From Basidiobolus meristosporus CBS 931.73 (taxonomy: Eukaryota > Fungi > Basidiobolomycota), in assembly GCA_002104905.1 (NCBI GenBank), contig MCFE01000257.1, positions 1 through 64,000 on the forward strand: DNA of 64,000 nucleotides, given 5' to 3'. The position numbers and the translations under genes are program-made. Positions 12,748 through 26,700 of the stretch are shown piece by piece; position 1 is the stretch's first letter; every line of letters begins with the position of its first letter. The notes under the pieces are model-generated. The model saw only the letters and a list, made by a program, of their open reading frames with translations. It did no database searches and was not told the DNA's origin.

Positions 12748-13686
12748 TGTGTAGACAACTTGATTGTTCCATCAGAGAAAGGAGTTCCTTGCATCCCAGG
12801 TTAAGGTAGATCCATGGTCCTGATGATATTTCACTCTTGGGTCTTCTAGGGGCAGTTCAATCAAACCACTCATGTTGGGTGCCAAATATGTGGTAGTGTA
12901 GAGGTACTCCTAGGAGTAGCTACACAACTCAAGGTGTGTGAGGTATCTGATGGGTGCAATAACCTCTGGGTCTAAACTGCTAGTATCCTTGTCAATGTGG
13001 CACTATGGTAAAAGCTGCTGCTTCTGAAGCCTCCTAGGTGCTCCAAGTGTCTCCATAGGCCTCTGTGAGTCTTGTACACTACCCTGAAAGGCTCTTTAAT
13101 GGCAGATCTGAGGTGTAACTATTGAAGGTAGGTGCAGTGATCTACAGATAATCAATAGGGAGAAGTGTTGCTGATATAGGAGATGATTTTTTGAAGAGGT
13201 TGACTTCCCTGAAGTAGTTTTTGGGATTGCCAAATGATCACTAATGACAAGGCTCTAGAAGATTCAAGGCATCAGTGTAGTTCTTGATGACATCACTATG
13301 AGCTAAAAGAACTCCAAGAGGGTCCTGGAAGGTTCTAAAAGACACATCACATCCTAATAATTGAGGATCTGTAGTCAGAAATCTGTAAAGCATAGTGATA
13401 CCAGATATGGTATTAAATGGCAGGGATTGTAACACAGACTTAAGTCATGTGTCACAGGTACTGACACTAGCACTTGCCTGATAAATGTACATATGCTGAT
13501 CACAACGCTGAATAACATCTGGGGTAACTAATGGTAATAACCAATCATGGTAAACATCATATGCGGATAATACTAGTCATATGGGCAAAGTTAAATGAGA
13601 TATTACTAATAAGATATAATATGGATAAGTGTATCATAATAGGTATAGGGATCAACTTGCCAGTGGGAGGTAGGTTCACCCTACCA
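12748..13686 (-). repeat. Diverged LTR of the LTR-B family
   Basis: Reverse complement aligns with 33430-34500 (CAGTACCxGTGACACATGA, TAGAACCTTCC, GATCACTGC); ends approximate, no TSD seen. Confidence 0.6.
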
Positions 13687-13974
13687 AAGTATTTTTCTAA
13701 TTGTACTGCCAAATAAAGTTATAAAACTTGATGGGGTTTTAATGGTGCTGTAACAAAAATTGCATGGCTTTGTTGCAGTCTTAATATGCTCTGCAACTAT
13801 TTTAAATTGATCTGCCTGGCCAGTATATCCAATTGCCTTATATGGCCCATGACTTGACAATGTTTTGTACTGATGGTAACATATACATCTTGCAAACATA
13901 TGAATGGTTGTTGCCACTTCTGCCATAAATACCTCCTGAAAATCCACAAAGAACTTCTTGGTATTTAGCTAATA

Positions 13975-16165
13975 TATTCTCTCTCCCTTCTGCATTCTAG
14001 TCCCCCTTATAAGTATGTGCTGGCTCTTGTTTGGGTGAATACTGTATTGAATGTTGTTGAAGTTGGCTTGCGACCATGAGAAATCCGGCCAACCTTGGTA
14101 GAGTTTTCCCAATAAAAATTAGTGGCTTGTAGCATCCAATCCAATTATGCATTATTTAACTGATTACTCATGCATTGGGGCTGCCAAGCTTCTTAGTGCC
14201 ATCAGCATAGGTGTCTCCATGTACACATCTGTCCTCAGTATTTTTGAACGCTTCCTGGCTGTCCTCCATTTGACAACTGAAGACATCTATGATGGACTAG
14301 AAGGTGTTATTCTTGATGAGACTGGAAAATGATAGTTCCTGCCACTTGACTGGTCTTCATATCTTCCCACACATCCACTCCATAGGAAACTCCCAAAAAA
14401 TGAAGCAAGCCCCAGTATTCTCCTCACACTAAGTAAGATCAAGTACAGAATTAATACAGTAGTGGCAGAGATCTACATGCTGAGCTTTATGTTTGTAGTA
14501 TTGCCACTCAAATCTTGGTGCAAACTCCTTGTGCAACAGGTGTAGAGGTGTCAAGTTGACATTAGCAATCTGCTTCTGGATAAATATTCCTACAATATCC
14601 ACATATGACTCCCAATGCTTCCATTGAACTCTTGGTGGGAATTGCTTAAGAATGCCACTTAAATATATACACATCCAGTTCATCCAGTCTATACATTTGT
14701 ATTGTGGCATATGCATGTAAATATTATTTAGAGCCAGTGAGAGGTACGTAGGGTAGTGGATATTGTGTAATATCCTGCCAATTCTTTCAAATTTCTCTGG
14801 TATCTCAAAGGGCTCATTTAGCTTAAAATGCCCCATGTACAACTTGGTCTTCAGTATAGGGATATTGTTGAGAGGCAAATGTACTGCTTGCGGTGAAAAG
14901 CTCTTACTCCAACATATACCCTCTGTATTAAGTATCTCTGGCTTGCAGTTGATTCTGTATTCCGGCTAATGGCTTATAGCTTGCCAACTTTGCTGCAATT
15001 GCATGCTGACTTCTGCATGTTCTCTCTGTAGGAAGATGATTTTGTTGGTGGGGATGTTTAGGTAATAATAATGTGCGTGAGTTATGGAGTAAATCCCCTG
15101 GAACTTACACACTTGACAGCAATTACATCCATTGTGCCCAGAAAAGCCAGTTATCTTACTGATGGCTAGGGTATATCCATGCACATAATATATGCTCTTT
15201 TACATAATGGCCATTTACAGTTAGCTTGCTAGAATGCATACAAAATCCATCCAGCAATGGATACTGGCAGCTATCACAGCTGGTGAGTGATTTAGGTCCA
15301 GATGCCAGTGAGACTACCATCAGATTTTGACCTGATACTGTACAACAGGTGGCAGATTCAGGTTGATGAGAATCAGTGGCCAGCAGGATATGCTGGTAGA
15401 ATACTTGTTTCATGCAAATCCATCAAGTGCTAAGGCAAATGCATGGTCATACATACCTTCAAGGTAGCTCTTGCATCTTTACTGCTAGTAATATCAACCA
15501 TCAAATGTGTTGGATGTATTTTACTTGATTAATACTTAGTGCGGTAGTTTGTAGCTTTGCAATACTTGTTGGACTGCATGAGCTGCTGAAATATTGGACT
15601 ATTTGGTATCATTCAGCAGCTAATGATTTACTTGACAATTCTGGACTAGTCTTGGTGACTGTGGGACAAACTTACAGCTCTAACTTTGCCACTGTCCTCA
15701 GATCTATTATCTGATGATTATTCCCCTACTGCCAGGATCAAATTAGCGCTATTACTAAACATTATGTACTACCCCTGAAACTGTTACAGGATGCTCCTGA
15801 TATTGAGAAACCCTCTTTACTTAGTGTACAGTTGTATTACTTCTACAAAGGTATAAATACTGAGCTTCTTGATTAATATACAAGAGTTCAACTATTATCA
15901 CTATTTCTTGATAAGTTCCTTATATCCAAATCACTTCTTAAATTGCTACATGCACTTGTTTAGATGGGGTATTACTGGAATATATCCAGAGTGTGAACAA
16001 TGTTTTCCCTTGACAGTGGTGGAGTCCTGACAATTTGGACATGTTTCAATGGTAGCATTTTAGATGTGAATACCATGCAACTGTTAACACATGCTGGAAT
16101 CAGGACAGTCTGTCCACTTGTACCATGTACAAGGTAGGTTGCATCCTGGGACAAAGTACTCTAAT
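13975..16165 (-). pseudogene. EnSpm/CACTA-like transposase remnant, copy 3
   Basis: NLMVVSLASGPKS, GFSGHNGCNCCQVCKFQGIY, GHFKLNEPF...YKCIDWMNW...FEWQYY...LCHYCINSVLDL in the expected order for this transposase family. Confidence 0.68.
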
Positions 16166-16548
16166 ATCTCAGCAAGTAGTGCGGCTATTTATGAAGTGAT
16201 TTGGATATAAGGAACTTATTGTGAAATAGTGATAAAAATTGAACTGTAGCTTATTTATAAGGAAGCTCTGTATTTATACAGTTGTGGTGGTAACACAACT
16301 GCAACACTGATTAAGCAGAGCTTCTCAGCACTCAGGAGCATTCTCTAATAGTTTCAGGGTTAGTATATATTGTTTGATAAAATTGCTTATTTAATCCTGA
16401 CAATAGGGGAATAATCAAAGGATCGTAGATCTGGGAAAAGTGGCTAAGTTAGGGCCCAAGGTTAGTCCTACAGGAACCAAGACTAGTCCAGAATTGGTAA
16501 GTTATCTTTTTAGCTGATAATGATACCAAATAGTCCAATATCTCAGCA
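15584..16548. repeat. About 375-bp inverted repeat pair (15584-15960 and about 16165-16548)
   Basis: Both copies start TGCTGA(A/G)ATATTGGACTATTTGGTATC, contain TATAAATAC and are colinear to the end; they flank a 200-bp CACTA fragment. Confidence 0.75.
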
Positions 16549-18900
16549 AGGGCATCAGCAAGTGTGTTGCTTTCCGCAGGGTGGCAGACAATCTCCAAGT
16601 CATTTGGCTCATTGTATTCACTCCAGTTTGTCATTCTTCTGGATTGTACCTTCCAAATATATATATACTTGAGTGAGGTGTGACCAGTCTTCACATTACA
16701 TTTGACTCCTTGAATGTAGCATCTACAGGTCTTCAAATAGTATTCTATGGCAAGTATCTCCTGCTCATCTTCCGGATAGTTTTGTTCTGCTGAGTTCAAT
16801 TTCTTGAACTCAAGAGCAGCTGAGTAGTCCTTTCCCCCATGGTGTTTGCTTGGTACTCCACCAATCACATAGTCTGAGTTATCTGGGCACAGAGTCAACT
16901 ATTTTCTGAAGTCTGGGATTCTTAGCTAGGCAGATTAGCAAGCTCATTCTGGAGCACCCAAAAGGCAGTCTCTCAGGTTATGTCCAACTTCAAGATGTTG
17001 CTTTTCTTGAGATTCTCAGTTAAAGGGTCTGCAATGCTTGCAAGTGACTTGAAAAATCTCCAATCATAGGAAACTATTTCAAGGAATAATCTGAGTTTTT
17101 ATGGGCTATGGGGCTGCTTCAGATTCTTGATGACTTTGACCTTTTTGGGTTCTAAGTTCACTCTTGTGCTAGTCACTCTATGTCCCAGATATTCAACATG
17201 TTCCTTCAAGAATTCAAACTTTGCTAGCTTAATGTACAGCTTGTTAGCCAGGTTCTTATAAGTACAAGGTCTAACTTGAAGTTCCAAAATATACTGTCCT
17301 GTAGGTCTTCTTCATAGACATTGATCTTCATCCTCACTGACTGAGTAATACATTCAAATATGTGAGAGTGCTGTCAGCTGTTGAGACTGATATTGATTTG
17401 GTGGGTTCTAAGTTGATTGCAGCCTTCAAAGCAAGTTCCACTGGCATGTACTCATGCAATGCTCCTGGGTCAACCATGATCCTAGCAGGTACTTCATTGA
17501 TCATTCCATTTAAGTACAATAGCTTTCCTGGGTTTGAGGTTGATTGGCAGAGGTATTTTTCTCTTATATGGGAAGTTAGTTCTGTGTCTTCTTCAAGTTT
17601 ATCCTCTATGTTAGTGTGCCCAAGTATTTTAATATGGCTGAAGGTTCTTGTTAAATGGTCTCCATTTCTTCTCTGAGGGCAGTACTTTGCAACTTGTCCC
17701 TGCTGGTAGCAATTAAAGCAAAGTCCTTTCTTCCTACATTCTTCCGAGGTGTGATTCTTCTGCAATGCATCTATTTCCATTGACACTGCTTCTCATTGTT
17801 TTCTTTCATAGAGATTATAGCTTTTCTGAATAGCCATTGTAGGCTTCCCAACTCCAAGCATAGCTGAGTCATAGTCAATGGCAATTGTGAATGCTGCTTC
17901 AACAGTTGGAGTTTATTGAGGATCCACCTCCATGCAAGTTCTTTATTTCAACCCATCCATAAGGTATTCCACTAGATCCAGGGGAGCCACTCTTTCAACT
18001 TGTCCAAGTAGACATCTGTGTACATAGATATACTCATGATCCATTCCTTTGTGCCAGAGTGTGGTTTTGCTAAAATTTTGGTAGGTCTGTGTGCAATAGG
18101 ATATATCTATTCTGATCCAACTCATCCCCAGTATCAATTGTATGGCATCTCATCATGCTGGCTGAGTTGATCTTGTTGTGGTATCACTGTAATGCTGCAT
18201 CTGCCAGGTAATATGCTTCCTAATACAACTTGCTTTCTGCGGCAATTTCTTCAGCTTTCAAAGCTGCTTCAATCAGAAAGAGCTAAGTTCCCAGGTTTTC
18301 ATTGACTCAACCATGGTACCAGCTGACCTTCACACAAAGGTTGTGCATGATAGAGCACTGCTGGTTCTGGGTCATGGGAGTCATTTCTTGTTGCTGCTGG
18401 CTGAGGAACTAGGGTATCTGTTGGCGTTGGGCCAAGACTTGCTGCATAGCATTTTACCATTGGTGATTTTCTGACATCTTGATGGAGGCTTCTTCTTTCT
18501 TCAGGAGAGAGGCTTTTGATTATTGCCACTACCAATGTTATAAGTCTTGATATAAAAGCTGTAGAGGAATAGGGATTTAGCTTGTATTATATTCACTAAA
18601 GCTTGTACTGCTCTATAGTGAGGTTCCAACAGCTCCTTATACACATTTTGCCAAATCAATTGCTGACTACTTAATTTCCTAATGCAGGTTGTATATGACA
18701 GCTCATTTGATTGCAACATCCTCACCCAATTAGATCCTACTTATTAAATCTATATTGTCTGATAAAGATCTGCTGATTTATCTGCAGACTAATACTACTG
18801 ATCTAATTAATAACACTGATAAACTTAAAGCCTAAACATAAAGTTAATTGATTTGACTAAAAACTGACCTAATTTAAACATTTGATAGTAGATCATAGCA
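16549..18900 (-). mobile_element. Ty3/Gypsy family C, internally deleted copy
   Basis: LTR 18536-18900, PBS-like TGGTAGTGGC, gag zinc knuckle CFNCYQQGQVAKYC, protease MVDPGA, most of RT deleted near 17334, RNase H KKLNSAEQNYP...LADAL. Confidence 0.85.
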
Positions 18901-19329
18901 CTATGCTGATATTAAAGTACCATCAGGGGATTGCAATGAGGCTGTCAAAACACTGTCAAGTTTTTGGCACTCCAAGGCAATTAGATGTATTGGCTGTTAT
19001 TTCCACTCAAGTAGTTGTCAAAGGCACAAAGACCACAATGATGCCATGCCACTTTAATTAAATCACTGTACAAATGCCATAATCCTTTCAGCTTTATCTG
19101 GTTTTAAAATTAGTCAAAAGCTGTTGTGATCCCATCAAAGGATCAAATATGTAGTTATTTATTCTCAGCTGCTGGTATTATGGCAGTTACAAAAATGAAT
19201 CAATGAATTTTAACTGTAATCAAGCATTCAACTAAATGGCCAATGGCTAGAGCTGTATCAGTAGACAGTCATTAGGAGGTTACAAGTTTTATATACTATG
19301 AGATCCTGGTGAAGCTTAAGTGCCCTGTA

Positions 19330-20043
19330 AAGTCTTGTCTGAATGAGGAGCAAATTTTGAGGCAAAATTCTTGGCAGCATGCCTGGAAATGCAGCTGATT
19401 GATCATCTCAAAACCTTGGCATATTACCCTAGAACTAATGAATTCACAGGAGGTTTACTTCATTATTTAGAAAGTGCTGACCAGGTATGCAAATAAAGCT
19501 GTCAGTAGATGAGATAAGTATATTTACCAAGCACTTTTTGCCTGCAGAGGTAGGGTCCATAACACTACCAAACAATTGCCATTTTACTCAGTGTATGGAA
19601 GTGTACCATATATTTGAGGCAATCCCACACAGCCAAAGCTCATTGACAGCTTAGAGGATGAGCTCAGTCATACTGGTTGACACCATCAATGGGAATAAAA
19701 GTGTCAGAAGGCGCATCTCAAAGTCCCTAATAGGGCAAAAATGATGAAGCAGAGATATGAAAAGTCTAATCACCTGAGGCTTTGATGGTTGGGAACTTTG
19801 CATTGCTAAGACACAACACTACAAAGAGGCTTGAGCTGCAATGGATGGGACCTTCTGAGATCAACAGACAATGCTTATTTGTAACTCACCAACTAATAGA
19901 CAAGCAAGGATATATCCAGGAAGATCTAGTTCTTATAGGCAGACTCAAGCTTGCAACACTTACTAACAACGCTGAACCATTAAAATACTGGTATTACAAG
20001 ATAAGTGATGAAGCAGAACCCTAGCAGCTTTGGTATGGAAGAA
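19330..20043 (+). pseudogene. Gypsy integrase C-terminal remnant with PPT
   Basis: YYPRTN and WMGPSEI (GPY/F-module-like) fragments, followed by purine-rich GGAAGAA immediately before TGTTATG at 20044. Confidence 0.6.
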
Positions 20044-23000
20044 TGTTATGCTCCAAAGCTTGAGTGTCCAAGCTAGATCAGGTTTTATTCAAATAGATTA
20101 ATTCAATGTTTAGCCTATGAATGTATTAGTACTGTCTATCAAATCAGTAGTATTAGTTATCAGATGCATCAGGAGATCCTTGTCAGACAGAAATGGATAT
20201 TTTAAGTAGGATCTAATTGGATGATGATGATACAATCAAAAGAGTTGTCAGCTACAACCTACATGGAGAAATACAATTAGTCTGCAATTGATTTGGCAAA
20301 TTGTACTCAAGGAGCTGATGGAACCTATATAAAAATCAGTTCAAGTTTTAGAGAAAACAATACTGACTAAACTCCCTTTTCCTCAACAACTCAGTAGCAT
20401 TAGTCAGCAACTGAATCAGCAGATCCTTATCAGACAGAAATAGATAAATTAAGTAGGATCTTATTGGATGATGATGACGCAATCAAATGAGTCATCAGCC
20501 ACAGCCTACATTAAAAAATACAATAAGTCAGCAATTGATCTGGCAAAATGTATATAAGGAGCTGCTGGAACCCTGATAAAAATCAGTTCAAGTTTTAGTG
20601 GATATTATACTAGTTAAACTCCTTATTTCCTCTACAGCTCTTACACCAAGATTTAGAACATTGGTAGCAGCACTAACCAGAAACCTCTCTTCTGAAGCAA
20701 GAAGAAGCCCCCCTCAAGATGTCCAAAAATCAGAAATGAAAGAATGCTATGGAGCAAATCCTGGCCCAACAGCAACAGTTATTCCAGATCCTTGGCTAGC
20801 AGCAACAAGGAATGACCACCATGGCCCAAAGCCAGCAAAATCCTGTTAATAGCAACTTGAGTGTGAAGGTCAACTGGCACCATGGTAGAGTCAACAAAAA
20901 CCTGAGAACCTGGCTCTTCCAGATTGAGGAAGCTTTGAAGGCAAAGGGAATTGTTCCAGAAAGCAAGTTATACTATACAGCCTCTTACCTGTAAGATGCA
21001 TCTTTACAGTGGCAACACAACAGGATCCAGTTGGCCACCATGATGGGACGCTCTGTGATCTCTATTTGCAATGAGTTTGTGTTGGAAACTCAGCATGGTT
21101 ATGAACCCCTACACCAGCAGACACTACCCAGAAGAAGGTTGACAACCCTCAGACTGAAAGAAATGGCTCAAGAGTACATCTATAAATATAGATGTCTACT
21201 AGGATAAATTGAAAGAATGGACCTCCTGAATCAAGTGAAATACTCTATGCATGGTTGAACGTAAGAACTTGCAAGGAAGTGACTTATCAAAGACCCTAGA
21301 TTATTGAAGGAGCCATCAACATTGCCATTGACTATGACTCAAATGTGTTTGGAGTTAGAAAGCCCACAATGACTAGCTGGAGTGGCTACAATCGCTATGA
21401 AAGAGGAGAATCTGAAGCAGTGCCAATGGAAAGGGACACTATACAGAAAATGCTACCTCAGAAGAGTGAAAGAAGAAAAGACTTTGCTTTAATTGCCACC
21501 AGCAGGGACATGTTGAAAAGTATTTCCCTCACAGAAGAAATAGGCACCTACCATCAAGAACCTTCAACCATATTGAAGCCCTGGAGCATAGTAACATGGA
21601 GGATCAACTCAAAGAAGACTCAGAGTTCACCTTTCATATGGCAGAAGTATACCTATCCCAGATGACCCCAAACTCAGTACAGCTAGTATCTTTGAATGGA
21701 GTAATCAATGGAGTACCTGGCAAGATCATGATTGACTCAGGAGCATTGCACAAGTACATGTCACAGCAATTTGCTTTGAAGGCTGGTGTTAACTTGGAAC
21801 CCACCAAATCCACTTTAGTCTCATAAGCTGATGGGAGCCCTCACATCTTTAACTGTATTACTCAGACAGTAAGGATTAAGATCAAAGACTATGAAGTAGA
21901 CCTAAAGGTCTAAATATTTAGGAACTGCAAGCTTGACCTTGTACTTGGAAAAGCCTGGCTATTTGTTGTAAATCATTAGTCAATTGGAGAGCCCATGATA
22001 TTCAGATCCAGAAGGACAACAAAACCTATGGGCTATTTCCTGCCAGACTGGATTTTAACTTGGTCAGTTGCAGTGTTTGTGAAACAAGTGAACTTAGCAA
22101 GACACAGTTCTGCAGAACACTAAGAAATGGTGCACAGATGTTCCTTGTGGCAGTATTATGGGATGTTTACTCTACTCCAACACCCCAGAAGGTGCATACT
22201 CTTTTGAAGGAATATTCAAATGTATTCCCATAGGAACTTGCAAGCCTTCCACCAGTCTGAGACATGGATTATGCCATTGACAAAGGAGATATCCCTCTAG
22301 TGAGTACAACACCTTACAGAGTGAGTCTTTTGGAGTTGGAAGAGATGAAGGGGCAAATAGATCAGTTATTGGAGCAAGGATACTTCAGACCCAGCAAGTC
22401 ACCCTAGGGAGCACCAGCTCTTTTGCAAAAAGGAAGGATCCATCACTAAGGATGTGCATTGACTACAGAGCCCTCAACTCAGTTACCATTAAGAACAAGT
22501 ACCACATACCTTGGATTGGTGAGCTTTTGGACCAACCCAGTGGAGCTACCATACTCAGCAAGAGTGACCTCATGTTATGATATAGCTGGATTAGGGTGAA
22601 ACATGAAGACTACCCTAAGGCAGCATTCAGGACTAAATATGGACATTACAAGTACCTAGTCATGAGTTTTGGCCTCACTAATGCCCCTGCAACATCCATG
22701 ACCTTGATGCAAAGAGTCTTCCATATATACTTGGACAAGTTTGTGAAAACCAACCTAGATGGCATATTAATATAAAGCATGACAGAAGAGGGACACTTGA
22801 TTCACATTGAAAGGTCTTGAAGAAGCCAGGAGAGAACAAGCTGTATGGCTAGCTAGCAAAGTGTGAATTCTGAAAGGAACATGCTGAATAACCAAGACAC
22901 ATACTGACTATCACAGGAGTGACCTTAGATCCCAAGAAGGTTGAAGTCATCAAGAGTTGGAAGCAGACTCATAACATATCACAACTAAGATCATTCCTTG

Positions 23001-23395
23001 GAATGGTTTCCTATTATTAGAGATATGTCAAGGCCTTTGCAAGTATTGCAGCCCCTTAAACTGATACTTCAAGAAAGACAACACCATGAAGTAGAATTTA
23101 GCCTGTGAGACTGCCTTTCAGTTGTTCAAGAATGAACTTGCTAGGCTGACAAGATTAAGAATCCCGGACTTCAGAACAGAGTTCCTCTTTGCACAGATGC
23201 TTCAGACTATGCAATTGGAGGAGTACCAAGCCAAGAACATGAGGGAAAAAACTACCCAGTTGCTTTTAAGTCCAAGAAACTAAACTCAGCAAAACAGAAC
23301 TATCCAGTGCATTGGAAGGAGATGCTTGCCATAATACACTGTTTGAAGACCTGGGGATGCTACATTAAAGGAGTCAAGTGCACCGTGAGGACCCT
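20044..23395 (+). mobile_element. Ty3/Gypsy family C, decayed copy (LTR, gag, PR, RT, partial RNase H)
   Basis: LTR 20044-20660 (TGTTAT...AGAACA), PBS TGGTAGCAG at 20662, gag WLFQIEEALKAKG, protease MIDSGA, RT MCIDYRALN and SFGLTNAPAT, RNase H TDASDYAIGG; no integrase or 3' LTR downstream. Confidence 0.88.
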
Positions 23396-24029
23396 TGCCT
23401 TCTACAATTGGAGTTAGGCAAAAAGACTCTATAATACCAATGCAATGAAGTCATTCAAGTCTAGCCATGGGCTGATTGATAAGTACTTCTAACTCTCCCA
23501 AATAGTTGACTGGTGATTGAAACTACAATATCAAGTCCACCAGTAGTCAGGACTATGACAGAGCATAGCAATAGGAACTTCACTAGTTCAGATATTTCTG
23601 CAACTGTGGCATAAGCTGAATTGGGGCCTTGGAGTATCCTAGAAGTTACCATTGAGGTTGAAAAAGCAAGAAAATCTGACCAAATTAGATCAAGCCTAAG
23701 CTATCATATCAACAAGTGCTCAAGGTTAGCCTGTGCCTATTGTGTCCATATTAGCTTGCAATAAGCAGTTGAGAAGGTTCTTAATAATCCTTGAAAGAAA
23801 TTTTGGACATCTACCATGACTTAGGATAACAAGCCCCTGATGAAAATCAAACCTGGGGCTTAGCATTTGGCCAAAACTAACTGGATGCATATGCGGCTTT
23901 AAGTCAAGATGTATTGCTGATGGTAAATTATAAGACACAAAGTAAGATTTGCAGCCAAAAGACACTCTCAATCAAAAAGGCCAGCCCACATCAAAATATC
24001 TGCACTGGTAGTAATGCTTATTTCTATCA

Positions 24030-25255
24030 CATACATATTGGTAATTGCAGCCAAATACAAGCACTTTGTTCAGTACATTGATATGAAGCTGCCCTCCTGA
24101 ATGAGGAGCTGGATGCAGGTAGGTATATGGACCAACCTAATGGGCCTGCTGACAAATCTATCCCCATTTGGTCTTGAGCTCACAGAATCTCTATATGGTA
24201 TTTAAGTTTTTGTTAAGTAAGTGATATTTCAAGCTAGGCTATTGTTTGTAAGTATCCAAGAATTTACTGCTAACTATAGTATCACCATATGACAGCTTGT
24301 GCAGGTCCAGTGCTGTTAACCTTCTATATGGATTATCCTTTTATACTCACCAATAATAGCTTACCAATGTAAGACACTAACTCCAGCCTATTTAAGCTGT
24401 CCCATTTATGCAATCTAGGGAAGGGAAATTGTTACTTATGCATACAATTCTTAATTGGCTGGAATACCTGCACCATCACCTTTGGTAGGTCCACTACTTT
24501 TGATGCTGTAACCAAGCAGTTCATTGCGGAAGTCTGAAAACCAGTATCCACCCCAACAGATACAAATCTAAGCCAGACTCAAAGTCTGCCAAATCAAGTG
24601 AACCTTGACCATCTTGATGCTTGGACTCTCTTGACTAAATTGCAAGTGGCTGCACAATGCAAATTACGCTACAAAAATATCTACATATCCCACTGTTAGT
24701 GGGCTTGTCAGCTAAACTGATTAGAGCCATGGTCTAACCATCTTGCATCAGTTAAGCATATTTTTCAGTATTAAATAAACAGCCACTGATACTTACTCAA
24801 AGTATATTAATTAAAATTCAAAACAGAAACTTTGAAATACTTAGATGGAGAATGGGGACAATATTTGGAAATCAGCTGATTCATCACTAGACACACTATT
24901 CTCACACATCATGGGGTAGTTTAAGCAATACCAAAAACACATAGAGTACACTTCCCACCTCAAAGCTGGAATATGTAGCAGCCTATAAGACTGCAAAACA
25001 GGAACTGTGGCCAAGAATGCTGCTCACTGATTTGTGCTTGCATCAAAAAGTCCATAATGCATTATTTCAGTGCAATAGAGATGAAAGCATTTATGCAGTG
25101 ATCTTGCTTTTTATGCTAGTACTAAATACCAAGATATTTAGCAGTATTTCATGTGGACTATCCTACAGAGGAAATAATTAACATTATATTTGCCAAGCAA
25201 TTAGCCAAATACAAGTTCAAATATCTTGGATCACAATTAGTTGTACCCTATAAAA
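24030..25255 (+). pseudogene. Old Copia RT/RNase H remnant
   Basis: Heavily mutated but colinear with the RT/RNase H region at about 1.9-3.15 kb (ATTGCAGCCAAATA..., GAATATGTAGCAGCC). Confidence 0.65.
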
Positions 25256-25321
25256 AATAATGGTAATAATCCCATCAAAAGGCCATCATACCAATTCATA
25301 ATTGGCTTTTGATTAGTACTT

Positions 25322-26325
25322 TGTTGTGTTGTACTATGATTAGTTTGGCGCTTGTTCTACAAAGTAGAGGCTAATCTACAATGTATAATAACTTCCAGTA
25401 TCCTAATACAGAAATAGTTTATTGGGAGTTTGATATACTGATAGAAGATATAACTTTCACTAATATCCTTGATCTTAGTCTCAGAATGTACCATAGGCAG
25501 TGCTTCTCACTTCTACAGCAGTGTTCTGACCTTTTGTTGACTATTGGGCTTATTTACTTTTTTAGTAACTTATCCTTATTTGGGACTCACTTTCCTTTCT
25601 GAGAAAATATTTGCTAATATATTAATTCTGAGCTCCCCTTTAACCTAAAGGGGTGTGGTGTAGAGGTCTCCAAAGGGGTGTCTTTAGAATAAAGGGGCTT
25701 CTTATAGTGGCCTCTAAAGTGGACTTTACACTAAAGGGGTGCCTAAAGGGGTTTCTTTAGAGTAAAGGGGTTTCTTAGAGGGGACTTTTCCAACAGAAAA
25801 GTGGTAGTTTTCCTGTAGAGCTTAGATTGGATTCTTCTGAGTCTTGCAGTCTCTTTACTGATGCGGTACCAATCAAAGTCAGAATACTCAACATTGCAAG
25901 TGATGCAGGGAAGTCTTATATCCTTTAAGCTTGTAATTGTGGTTTAAAAATTCTGGAAAGAGAGCCTCTTGTTTATTTTTCAGCTGGAGAAGTCATATAT
26001 ATCAAAATTCTGAAGGATTGAAGTTTTTAGACAAATGCCAAAGCAATACGTGTGATACAAAGCTATAATTTTGCAGTGGTGCAGATCAGACATAGGTTCA
26101 GCACCTGTGAAAACTATACATGACTTGACTGAGTGGTTCAAGAGTTACACAAGATTGAAGTCACCATAGTCTTGCAATAGAGGTCCATATATATCATGAT
26201 TGGACTCTTTTGATTTCAACTCCTCAAGAACTGCTTCAAATGAGCTGTAACTTGAAACATGCTAGCTACTGAGTGTTTTGCATAGCATTATATTGTTGGG
26301 CAGATTTCTTGTCAGGGTCCAGAGC
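25322..26325 (-). repeat. Truncated copy of the Gypsy-A LTR
   Basis: Reverse complement of the 30739-31948 LTR including the CCCCTTTA array; first about 125 bp missing, fused to family X. Confidence 0.88.
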
Positions 26326-26700
26326 ACTACCTCATCTGCCAGTCTTTGCAATAAATTGCTGCAATATTCAAGTGTGTTTTTTTGGGCACTGCTCTTAAAG
26401 AAGCACTGCAACCTCTTCTGGTGCAAGCTAATGTTCCAAAATTCAACTGTAGGTTTTGTGGTAGTCTTTTGAGTTCTTGACATTGCTGCTTTGTCTGTCT
26501 GTGGGATATCCACTTTGTCTACAATGGAGGAGGTGGAGGTAGTGGTAGACAAATTGCTTTTCTCTGCAAACTCATCTACCTCACTGGAGTGCAGCTCAAT
26601 TAGCTGTGCTTCCACCCCTTGTGAAAGCAGCTGTTGTGTTGTTGGTAATTCTTCTTGGCTATGATGGGACTCAGCATGTTCTGGGTTAATGCAATTAATG
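26326..26700 (-). repeat. Family X, copy 3
   Basis: ORF 26262-26750 contains ESHHSQEELPT...ELHSSEVDEFAEK...LQRLADE, matching 41221-41733. Confidence 0.75.

Noticed and set aside
23400-24000. Short ORFs following the truncated Gypsy-C RNase H
   Set aside because: No recognisable motif or second copy in the window.
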